Assembly: GCA_903813345.2 (NCBI GenBank)
Contig: CAIIXF020000001.1
Location: forward strand, 14,942,001 to 15,006,000
Direction of reading: 5' to 3'
Source of the DNA: Owenia fusiformis
Lineage: Eukaryota
DNA length: 64,000 nucleotides
Shown here: piece after piece, positions 37,701-49,700 of the stretch
Layout of the letters: each line of letters begins with the position of its first letter
Position numbering within the stretch: position 1 is the stretch's first letter
Notes under the pieces: model-generated
Database searches by the model: none
Told to the model about the DNA's origin: nothing
What the model saw: only the letters and a program-made list of their open reading frames with translations
Program-made: the position numbers and the translations under genes

Positions 37701-40700
37701 GAAACACAAACTCCTTGAAGTTGCACAATACATTTTGCAATTATACCACTAATTAGCAGAGTTCGGAGAAAGGCATAGTGGCAGACTGCCCTATATTAGT
37801 AGTTCTCTTCGTAACATCCATGAACTTACTGCTAAATGCAGGGATGATGCAGTGTAAGGTTCCACAAGCAAATGAAGGTGCAAAACACCTACCATACAGA
37901 GCTTTCATGGATGACATCACAGTTATGACCAGTTCAGTAGTGAGTACCAGATGGGTTCTATTAGCTATGTAAAGAATGGCAAACTGGACTTGCATGAAGT
38001 TAAAAGCCTACCAGGTCAAGAAGCATGGTTTTGGTCGATGTCAAGCTTTCTCCAATGCAGTTCAAAATAAAAGCAAGCAAATACCAACAGTGCATGATAA
38101 AAGAATCAAATGTCTAGAGAAGAACTATGACAAAACCTTGCGTGGTTTGAACAATACAGCTGAAGTCTCAAGGGACCTGGACAAGTGGCTTAAAGCCATT
38201 GACTCAAGTCATGTATCGGGGCGTTATGCTATTACTTCCCAATTTCAGTGGCCTTTCCAGATTTACGACATTACCTGGGAACCCTCACTTCAGCAATTCT
38301 TGAAATGGAATGACCTTTGGTCCATGGACCGAGGGGAGTTCAATTTCCTATTAAGAGCTTTCCTTGACCTGGTCTCAACTCCATCAAACCTCAGACTTTG
38401 GGGCAAGGAAGAAACTGCCAACTGCCCCAAGTGCATGGCAACTGAATGACACGTACATTAAATCATATACTCAGTATTTGGGTTACAGCTCCCACTGATG
38501 GACAATACAGATGGCGTCATGATTGAGACTGAGGATGCCCATACTTTGATCTGGGCCTATCTTCAATATCTATCTTGCGTTTCTTTGATCTGGGCATTAT
38601 TAACCACTACCACTTCTAACATGTCTCATCAGATTGACTTTTGCATATGTGACAATAAAATAGTCTGACTTAGTATTGTGCTGTCATATTGGAATTACAC
38701 TATCATAATGAACACATCATGTACTCGTAAGCGGTGCACACAAGCTGCAAAATTTGGCCAACATTTCACCAATAAGCAACATTGAGCTCTATCTACATGA
38801 CTCTGCCAGAGCAGCTTCAGCCTTTGAAGTTGACATTAGTGTTTAGAAGTTAACATTTTGAACAAGAAGTGCCCCCCCCCCTTTTTCAGTTACATAATCG
38901 TGTGAAGTGTCAACACTTAATTTCTTATAGTTTTTCCAAAATTTCGATTGCAAATATGTTCAAAATTAATGTACCTATATATTCAAAATCATAAATGCTC
39001 ATGAATAACCAAGACTTTAACACAGAGGGAGAGATATTGGTCGTTACCATTGAAAAAAGCCAAAAATGATAGAGGTTGTCACATATTATGCAAATGGGAA
39101 AGTTTGCATGATTATTGCATTTTTTATAAGTATATTATAATACAGGTAGCTCCATTTTGGTACCACTTACAGCTTTCAATTCTCAAAACTGTGGAAGTTA
39201 TTGTACTTTCAAATGATTAACATCAACCACGGTGCCCATGTCAAGCTGCGCGCCTACTTAGGCGCGCAGTTTGTTTCGATCACAAACTGCGTGCCTATCA
39301 TTTAAGTTGGAGTCTGTAGTTTGAAACGTAATTTAAAGACATTTATCCTGCATTGTTTTCTTGTTCAATGCGTTCATTCTGTGGCGAATATACGAATCTT
39401 GCAAATACTAGCAAAAACTATGTGCAAATGAATCTGAGTTTTAAAACATAAGCAGATTAATGGCATTTTTCGTCATTGATTTAACGGGAATTTATACGTA
39501 AATCGATCTAGCACTTTAAACATAAATGACAAATACTTTAGACTCGTTTTATATTTAATTCCTTACGCATTTATTATGTATAATTCAAAATATTTCGAGA
39601 TAAAACAGATAATCAGGAGATTAAAAAGAAATAAACCACAAACTGCGCGCCTATTTTAGCCAGAAATTACAAACTGTGTGCATACACTATTAAAACTACA
39701 TATTATCATTGGAATTTCTACAGAGGCACGTAAAGGTGTTTTTCATATAGCTTTGGAAATTTTGCTTTATCATCAGATTTTATGAGATTTTCATATTGAA
39801 AGTCAAAATGTATAATAGAAGTAACAATTAAGTTGGGAACGAAAGAAAGTATTTTATTTTCAGATCACCATCTTGGTGGACGGACTCTCATAGTGTTTCA
39901 ATTATGGGGTTCTACTATTAGACACATATGTGCCTTACATATGGCGCTTACGTTTTCTAATAATACAAAACAAGCTTGGATAGGCAAGTTTGGAAATATT
40001 AGGCACGCAGTTTGGGAAATACATGTGAATATAGCCGCGCAGTTTGACAAGAAAAATGTTTAAATCACGTGTATGGCGTATTATCGTTTTGAACACAAAC
40101 TATGCTGCTTTAATCAGATAGAGTGATCCTATATATTCTAGCATACACAGACACAATGGCTGAATAAACGGCATATGACGACAGTAAATTTTGAGCACAG
40201 AAGTTACTTAAGACCCTTATATTGAGATAACTCGGTTAACATCGGGAAAAACATTGAGTACTAAGAGTAAATTAAGTTAATCTTCACAGAATGGTACTAT
40301 CTTTAGAACGAGACTAACCTTGTATTTTTCGTATTTTGGCTCTTTTTGGGAGTCGAGTCCTCCCCATCTTACATTTTGAAATATGCGCGCAGTTTGTCAG
40401 AGTTTCAAACTGCGTGCCTAGTAGGCACGCTGCTTGACATGGGCATCGTGTCAACTCTTTCTCAAGAAATGCCACGCCCCTTTTCAGTAACATAATCATG
40501 TGAAGTGTTATAACTTAGTGTCTGACAATGTTTTTTCCAAAATAAATATGTTCAAAATTAATGTACCTATATATTTAAATTCATTTATGTTCATGGATGA
40601 CTAAGACTGGTCACTCAGGCAGCAAGGTATTGTGCGATACCGTTGTAAAGAGGCAAACATTACGATTAATGATGTCACATTTTATGCAAATGAGACTATT

Positions 40701-43700
40701 TGCATAATTATTAATCTCATAATATGGGATACTATAATAGCTTCATTTTGGTACCACTTACAGCTTTCAATTTTAGTTATTGTACTTTGAAATGATTAAC
40801 ATCAATTCTTTCGCAAGAAGTGCCACGCCCCTTTTCAGTTACATAATCATGTGTCTGACAATGTTTTTCCAAAACTTTCAATTGCAAATATGTTGAAAAT
40901 TAATGTACCTATATATTTAAATTCATTTATGTTCATGAATGACTAAGACTGATCACTCAGGCGGAAAGGTATAATGCGATACCGTTGTAAAGAGGCAAGA
41001 ATTATGATTGATGATGTCACATTTTATGCAAATGAGGCAATTTGCATAATTATTGCATCTGATAATATAGGATACTACAATAGCTTCATTTTGGTACCAC
41101 TTACAGCTTTCAATTCTCAAAACTGTGGAAGTTATTGTACTTTGAGATAATTAACATCAACTCTTTCAAAAATTCAAGATGGCCGACAAGATGGCCGCCA
41201 ATGGATACCATGGGACAATATTTCATTCTGGGAACATGCAAAAATCTTTAGTATGGACCTTTAGGATTACAAAAATGTACATTAAAAAAATACATCTTTC
41301 GGGTGCATGGGAACCCCTCCTTCCTACCCGTCTAATTATTTCAAATGGTTATTTATTCTTTCCTTTTATCATATGTTTGGTACTGATCATCATATGCCAT
41401 TTGGTTGACGTATACAGCATGACGAAACAAATTAATGGACAAGGAAGGTCATTACAAACTTTTCCCATAAATGATAAGTGCAGAAATATCTGTATTTACT
41501 TTTCTTCGGAGATTTATAAAAAACGGGAACAAATCAACAATCAATTCTGTTTAGCTAAACTGTTACGATTATTTTATCATGATTATAGATCATCATGAAT
41601 AAATTAGCAACACATTACCATTTTAAAACTCAACCCGGACTTCCACAACCATATGAACCATGAAAGAATTACAAAAGAATAATTCAAATACTATTTAATC
41701 CCAAATAAGCGTTGATTTCATTCTCAGAATAGGATTCACTCCCCCCCCCCCCCAATGATGTTGGTCGAGTTCTATTCCTTCAACATAACTGGGAATCAAC
41801 GAAACAAACTTAAATTAGATTAAACGATATACCAGCTATGATTTATATGAATACATAAGAAAAATATAATATGTATAATGATTGGATCAGAAAAATGTCA
41901 AATCGTTTCTGCGCTCTCGCCATCAATATGTTGTAATAATTATGTGAATTCTTATTAAAGTGCCAATTCGGTAATTTCCATTTTTTTCCTAACACAAATA
42001 GATTCAATGGGTATTGGTTGGTAGAAACAGTATACCAACAGACTCACATCTTCATTTGATTGTCTTCCAGTGCCAAAATAAGATTTCCCGGAAAAACATG
42101 ACGTCATGATCAGAACCGGTTATGGATTTTAATCGGCAATGCGTTATGCAACGCAAATGTAAATTCAAAAGTGTTCATGATATCCTGTGTTCTGATTGGC
42201 CACAAAGGAGTAACGCTTCTCAAAATCACCTCATGGTTCAATGCCTTTTGGTTGTAAGATTTTAAACAGCATTGAGTTAGTAACAGGATCAACTCAACGT
42301 TTATAGTTTCTATACTGTATTCTGACTGGCCAGAATGTAATTTTGCATGACTAACTTTGTGAAAACGCACCACAGGGTCGGGAGCTCTAATTGAGGAAGA
42401 ATCGTGGCTCCAAAGTAGTCAAAGTTGAATCATTTCCCCACTGCATTGAATGCAGTGGCAATCAATTACACTGACACTATATAAGCACGTCCGGAGATCA
42501 TAAACTCCAGCAACAAGCTAAGTTCAAAACCTGTTCTGATCGTGATGTCATGATTGGCACTTGACATTGGGTTCCCGATTTTGAACATCAAATTTCACAT
42601 TTATAGAAAGATACGGTACATGGTGTGACTTGTAAGTGGTGTTTACTTCATTTAAAACCTGTATAAACTGGATTTTGACCCCATGAGCATCGCACAGACA
42701 CTTTAAAACTGATTCGCTTTTCATTTTTTGGTTTTATAGTTTATAATTGTGTTGGGGGGGGGGAGATAGGTCAAAATTGCCAAATTCAACATCCATAGCG
42801 CTTTTATTTCATAATATTGAACGGACTACATCAGACCAGACCTATGCACGATCCTATAGTTTGTCTATTAACTGACATAACATATTTTCATGATTTGTTG
42901 GTTGAATATAATGTTTCCTGAACACAAAATTAGTTGATTTTCAAATCGCCTTGAAAATGTGAAAAACATTGATATGTAGTACAGGGAAACAAATCCATTG
43001 TAGTTTGGAATTGTGATCCATGTGTATCACACTTTTAATCAATACGTTTGGTGTTCAGAACACGATTATATACTTTAGTGGAGAAAAGATTCAGAGGGTG
43101 AATTCTATCCTCCTTATATTGACATAATTCTGAGAATTTAAAGTTGAATTCTTGAAATAGTGTTGGAAAGCTTCATTATTTACCCATGTACGCAAAATTC
43201 AGAAAGTACACAGAAATAAAAATAGTAGTATGTCATTGAGTTCCAATAACTATAACAACAAGTAAACAAATATAACCATTGATAAGAAAGTTCAAATTCG
43301 TATTTAACAATTACGACACGCTGAAAGCACAATATGACGACTGCTTTTTATGATAAGACATACATGTACAGTGTACATTAGAAATGCAAAATATAATATT
43401 ATTGATAATCACTTGGATACAAACATACAATACAATCATACAAGGAAGAATTAGAATATATTGTTTTAGAACCGAGGGTACATTATGTGAACTTCAATAA
43501 ATGTTGCATATGAGTATTGATAAGCTAAGCAGGATTTTCCTGAAAGTAAGATGAGGAACTCACACATAGTCATTTGCATTAAATAAACTATGTTTTACGG
43601 AAATGAAGCAATAATTCAAAAAGGCAGAATTGAAATACGACATGGCTAATGATAGTAAAAACAATGTAACATGGTGGGATGACATCATGACTAATTATAG

Positions 43701-46700
43701 TAAAAATAGTGATTCATGGTGGGATGGCAGAAATCCATTCAATGACGAAGATCATATATATTGGGCAGGTAAATCATAGAATATATAATATACATGTTTT
43801 GTGTCCAGTAAATGCGTTACGATGATACCTAAACAAATCAGTAATAACATAACTGATACTATGATGTTACTTTTTAACCGAGTTAATTTTCTTACTTGGT
43901 TATCTAACAGCTGAGAGAAACAGCTGATATTCATTTATATAAGTCACTATTAACAAATTAAATGACCTTTTCTTCAGTTCACATGGGAACGTTCGCCATT
44001 CTTGCAGTCATTCACATTGCAACGTTGTTATATCATAGGAAAAATTGGTATGTAACATTTCAATCTAAGAGATTTTAATATGATACATGCACATGGTGTC
44101 ACAATACCTAGAACAATTGATCTACTGGTCTATACTTGAGCATGACCATTCAATTTCATGAATTCCAATAGAAGCTTTTATGGTTTGTTCATCATATTTT
44201 TCTGGCCATAGCTTTCCATACCTTTCAGTCTTTAAAAAATGAACAGAATAAAGTTTTTTATTAAGCCTACGCCACGAATCATACATAATTGTCGAAGTAG
44301 AAATAGTACTACGGCCAAGTGTCCAAAACACCTAGATTCAATTTGACTTTAGATTCCTGTAGGGGACCCCAAGGCATGTAAAAAAAGTTTGTGAACCTTT
44401 GCAAAGCAGGCTCAAAAGTGCTGAGTCAGCAAATTTTATCATTTTCGAGTCGGAGTTTGACAACTATTTAATATCTCATTTGAGGATAAAAACATACGTT
44501 TGGCAATATTTACTATCGACTGATTAAGAAATTTTGAAGAGAAATTATGTACTTCTAGGGACAAATTATCCCATATCTCTACCAAATTTCAGGAATTCTT
44601 CACTCATGCCTTATTGATATACTAACAATGTTTCATTATAATTGCAACATCCTCAAATGAGATATTAAATAGTTTCAATCATATGGTCAAACTCCGACTC
44701 GAAAATGATAAAATTTGCTGACTCAGCACTTTTGAGCCTGCTTTGCAAGGGTTCACAAACTTTTTTTTACATGCCTTGGGGTCCCCTACAAGAATCTAAA
44801 GTCAAATTGAATCTAGGTGTTTTGGACACAAATTGTCTTGGCCGTAGTACTAAAACATATTAAGAGAGACACAATGGTTATACAGAAATTAGCGGATTGA
44901 ATAAAACAACCAAATAAATAGAGGTTATTCACTGGGAGGAATCAATATGTGTTTTATTCCGAGGGACAATATGATATTTCCCGAAGGGCCGGAGGGCAAG
45001 ATGGAAATATCATATTGTCACAAGGGATAAACCCATATTCAATCCCGACCACTACAAAAGCTTTTTATCCCATGATATTCACGACTCAAGAATTCAAATC
45101 TGATTTTTCTATGAAACATAACTTATATATTTCTTGTATAAAATATGACTTAACTTTATGACATTTAAAAATATAAAATTTTGTTGTACAACATAAACGC
45201 ATTAACAACAAAAAATTAAAAATACGCATACATGTCCATTACAGGGCATTCGCATATTGGCATATCTCTCAGATTTCTATGACGTTGACTGTCCGTGTTT
45301 TGTTTGGAAAATATCGTTCCTCACATAAGAACATCATTATAGCACGCTTTATCGTTCCGCCTGAACGTGATAGGAAGCTTAAGCTTTGTAAGCAAACATT
45401 CCCGGGAGGGGAATACCATATTCGCGAGCGGGATTGGGAGGTGAATACAGAGAGAAATATTGATATCATCCCATCCGAGGAATACTCCCCATATCATCCC
45501 GACAGGTGAATAACGACCTTATGACATGGTCAAGAACAACATCTATCTAAAATCCTCTGTTGGATGAGAGAAAGGTTTTGAAAAAATGAAAAAAATGAAA
45601 TTTTTTGAATAAATACCTAGGTTGATATCCATATCATCCCTCTAGTCCCAATATCATCCCTGATATCATCCCTATCCCAAATATGTGATTTATCACTTCA
45701 ATAAGCTGGAAAAATCAACATACATCTGAAGGATATCGTAAGACTATCGTACGGGTATCACAAGGCTATCTGACAATGACTGTACGGCACTCGTCCTGGC
45801 CTCAGCACCATGCATGAGTGTATATAATATACGCGTCAGAAATCTATGCAATATTTCTGAAATACTCACGATTGAGATCGAAACAAGCTGAGACTGACCC
45901 TAACGATCCACCCACTCACCCACCAAAATGTGTTATTCTTTTATAATTTAAATTATGGTTCGTTAAACTGTTCATTCCATTTCTATTTTATAATATAGTT
46001 CTTTGTAAATATATTTCATAACCGAACGATGACCATACGGGACACGACCGGGTAGCTACTGATGAGTTTGGTTGAGAAAATCGGCAATAATATACATTGG
46101 TAACATTTATCCCCGCGATAGAACTTTTCCGGCGCCTGTACGGCATCTTAATATCGGCAGATATTGGCCGATCATTGCCCGGCGCCCACACGATGCCTAT
46201 TGTCATAATATATGCTAACTTACTACCAAAACTGTTTGTTTCAAAGTACTAGTATATGTGAGATTACCAAAATGTACAACTCTGAGTTCAAGTCAATAAA
46301 GCATGTAAATGTTTTGATATAAAGAAGATTCTTAATCTGGTCTTTACGTAATATTTAGAGTAGTTCTGATAGAACTTTATAGATCCTTATACCTATGACG
46401 CGGTATCGCCGCCAGAACCGCGCGAATAGTCGCGCGAAAAATTTATGTATTCCGGGCGAATGTTTTTTATTCCCGCAATTGATTTTAACCAATAAAAATC
46501 CTGCGTCTGCATAAGTAGTCGCCCGGAATATTGGTTACCGTCGCCCGGAGATACCCAACCAATGGGATGGCACATTAATGCTGAAAAATTCGACCGTGTC
46601 AAACCAATAAATGAAAGCCATCTTCACAACACGATATTCGATCCACCACGTGATATTTCCAGCCTTCAAATTAAGTACAGGGTGTCCCGAAAGTATGGGG

Positions 46701-49700
46701 CCCCCCCTAGGCAGACATATTCCAGTGTCCTCATAGTATGTGTCATATATCATTTTAAAGCTTATCCAAAGTTACATTGATTTGCCAAGTATCATGGTTT
46801 AACTCCCAAATAGGAAAAAGTTACAGTTATTTCAAAAGTTAGTGTTTTGTCAAAATAAAGTTAAAATTTTCACCACATTACTAGTCAATGAGTCTCCCCC
46901 TTGGCCATGTTAACAGCAGCAATTATTTTCAAATATAACCTTAAAAGCCCTTCCAAATAGGGGTGTGGAATTTTATAACCCTCTTAAAACCTGTTAAGGC
47001 ACTTTAGAAGAGTTTCTTTAGAGTTTCTACCCTCACCGTTCTCTTTTTCCAACTCAATACCCATCCGACCCAAAAAGAATTGCTGCTGCTAAGATGGCCC
47101 GGGAGAACACATTGACTATTGATTTGGTGTAAAATTGAACTTAATTTTGACCAAACACTAAATTTTGAAATGTCTGTAATTTTTTCACATTTGAGAGTTC
47201 AACCATGATACTTGGTGAATCAATGTAACTTTGGATAAGCTTTAAAATGATATATGACACATACTATGACGACACTGGTATATGTCTGCCTAGGGGGGGG
47301 GGGCATACTTTCGGGACACCCTGTACATGTCATTTTTCAAATATTTCAAGTCTAAATATTGCTATATGTTGTAAAAGATGATTATTAATTCATGAACCCG
47401 ATAAACAAATATATACTGTAATTGTAAGTTTTATTGCACTAGTTATTTGGTAAATATAGGTTTAAAACAGTTAGATTTACATTTAGAAGGGAAATGTGTT
47501 GATGATGATAATGATAGAAAATGTTCCTTATCGTTGAGAAATTAATCAATTGTTACTATCAAGCTTGAGAATATTCAACAGGAATTTATTTAGAACTCAT
47601 TTTTGCTTGCCAAATAGTACTTCAGTAATAATTATATGTACAGGCAACAGATAGAGTAGATCGCACACTTAGACAACACCCCTACCAGCCATTAGATGCA
47701 CACGAATATGAAATGATGGTTGAATTGAATATTTCGGACTTCAAGTCAAGATGGCGGCAGTAAACAAGTAAACATGGTTTTGAATGGTTTATTTAAGTCG
47801 GGCGAATTTCAGATTTGAGAAACAATAGCGCGAATAAAGTATTTTTTCTATTGGTTCATCAAGATCGCGCGACCGTAATATTGTCACGCGACGAATAAAA
47901 TATTCGCGCGATGGTTCGCGCGGTTCTGGTGGCGATACCGCGTCATAGATGCCCGGGTATTCCGGTCGATTTTGAACAAAATACTCATCGACCGGGCGCG
48001 TGAGATGATATAGATACTAATGTTTACTTTTCTCTGCGCCATACTGCATACTTCAAATCAGAACCCTACTATGCTTGTGTAGATTATGTGCGCTTGTATG
48101 TGGATATCATTCCAGGCATCGTAAATGGTTACCTGGAGAGAAAGCATGCACCAACTTGATACATCCCGAACTTACAATTTATCCAGCCCCTCCATCCGAA
48201 CAAGTGGCAAACTCACCAAGTTATCAATGGAAAGAGTGTCTAAGGTTCAAACTGACTATGCTCGAACGACCAATGATTTTAGACATCGTCCATTGGATTG
48301 GAATGTTCATCATTATCATTTGTATTTGGAGCAGGTCTAAGGAGTTAATCATTGGGACTTCATTCGTAGCATTATTCGACTTCATGCAATTTGTATACAT
48401 GATTAAATTATACCCCGATCCTAAACCCACGAAATTCCGAATTCAACTTACATACGCGGTCATTGCTGGATTTCCAATGGGAACCATTGGAAAAATGGTG
48501 CTTGCACTATCCATGGACGGATATATTCAGCTATATGAAGTACTTGGTGTTTATCAGTATGTATTTGAGGCAATAGCTGGGATCATCCTTATTATATCCA
48601 TAATTGCCATTTTCGCGCTTTGTGACAAATCCAGTAATCATGATGATGATGCATCAGCGTGCACATGTTTCATATTAACAGGGATCATTATACTTATATT
48701 TGCATGTGCAGGGGTAGCAATGGCTGTAATGTCGTATTTATATATGAAGCAACAGAACATTCGAGTAGATGACTTGAAAACGATGTTAAACATAGATGAT
48801 AACTCTGCAGTGCTCAAATCATGTCCATGCTGGACATGGGCCTTCCTTGTAATATGGATACCTCTGATGATTGCGTCGCTTGTGTTCCTTTACGTCTCAT
48901 CAAAAGGTATGTTGAATACCAACTAACTTGCAATTTACATATTCATTGAAACAATAGATTCATAAATGTATTTGTAAATGAGTTGTTTCAATCATACTAG
49001 CAGGGAACTTAGTTGTAGGTTTGCAAATCCCCTGATAAAATTCACAACAATAAGATTTCATGTATGGACTATTGAAATTATATTGTTTCCTTATGCGAAC
49101 TTGACCTAAGACCGGGGACCTGAGATGACCTCAATATTATGTAATGTTTAGCCAAGAAGCGTATATAACCAAATTAATTCATGACGTTTGATCTTTGATA
49201 TGATTTTGATAGATATAATAAAAATATAACTGATTAACACCCAAATCTCACAGTTTGAAGTAGCAGTACCAAGGCGTTGACAAGTAATAGTAAGAGTAAG
49301 TAAGTTGCCCATAAGTGTAAATTGCAATGAATTTTATTCCAGACTATGGATTCTACTTTATCCCTGATTACATAACGCTTCATGGGTTTTACCTTAGTAC
49401 AGTAATCCTTGCGTATCACTTGGATACATTCGATGGAACAACAATGCCACTTATTACAAATGGCTACATGTTATTCCCTCTCATCATGTGCTTGGTGCTC
49501 ACCGTCATATACCACTTGGTTGATGTACATGGGATGACGAGACAAATGACTGATGTACATGGGATGACGAGACAAATGAAAAAGGAAGGATACGAACTTT
49601 TCAGAGTCACTGGGCAAACAAGGAGAGATATAGAGCATCTGTTTAAAAGCACATGGGATCCACAAGAAGCCGGATCTGGGCAAGATACGGGGGGTTTGAA

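Larger units (their letters stand above)
34301..41334. mobile_element. 7.0-kb composite Academ-like non-autonomous DNA transposon with long TIRs
   Basis: Termini TAGTGTAGTAGGAAGG and CCTTCCTACCCGTCTA. 3-bp TSD ATT at 34298-34300 and 41335-41337. More than 500 bp of near-identical inverted arms are built from ~350-bp subrepeats containing GCCATCTTG. Confidence 0.85.
34199..41450 (+). pseudogene. Fragment of a paralogue of the TM-PARP gene, split by the 34301-41334 insertion
   Basis: 34199-34300 ([27 protein letters not shown]) joins 41338-41450 ([32 protein letters not shown]). The join is colinear with 49351-49550 ([66 protein letters not shown]). It contains a stop and a frameshift. Confidence 0.85.

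Noticed and set aside
39228-40450. Full 12/23 recombination signal sequences
   Set aside because: Only heptamer-like ends are seen. There is no convincing ACAAAAACC nonamer at 12/23 spacing and no RAG ORF in the window.
41179-41598. 139-aa [14 protein letters not shown]... and its mirror at 34241-34456
   Set aside because: The first half is transposon TIR (ATGs arise from CAAGATGGC motifs) read into the pseudogene fragment. No evidence for a real gene.
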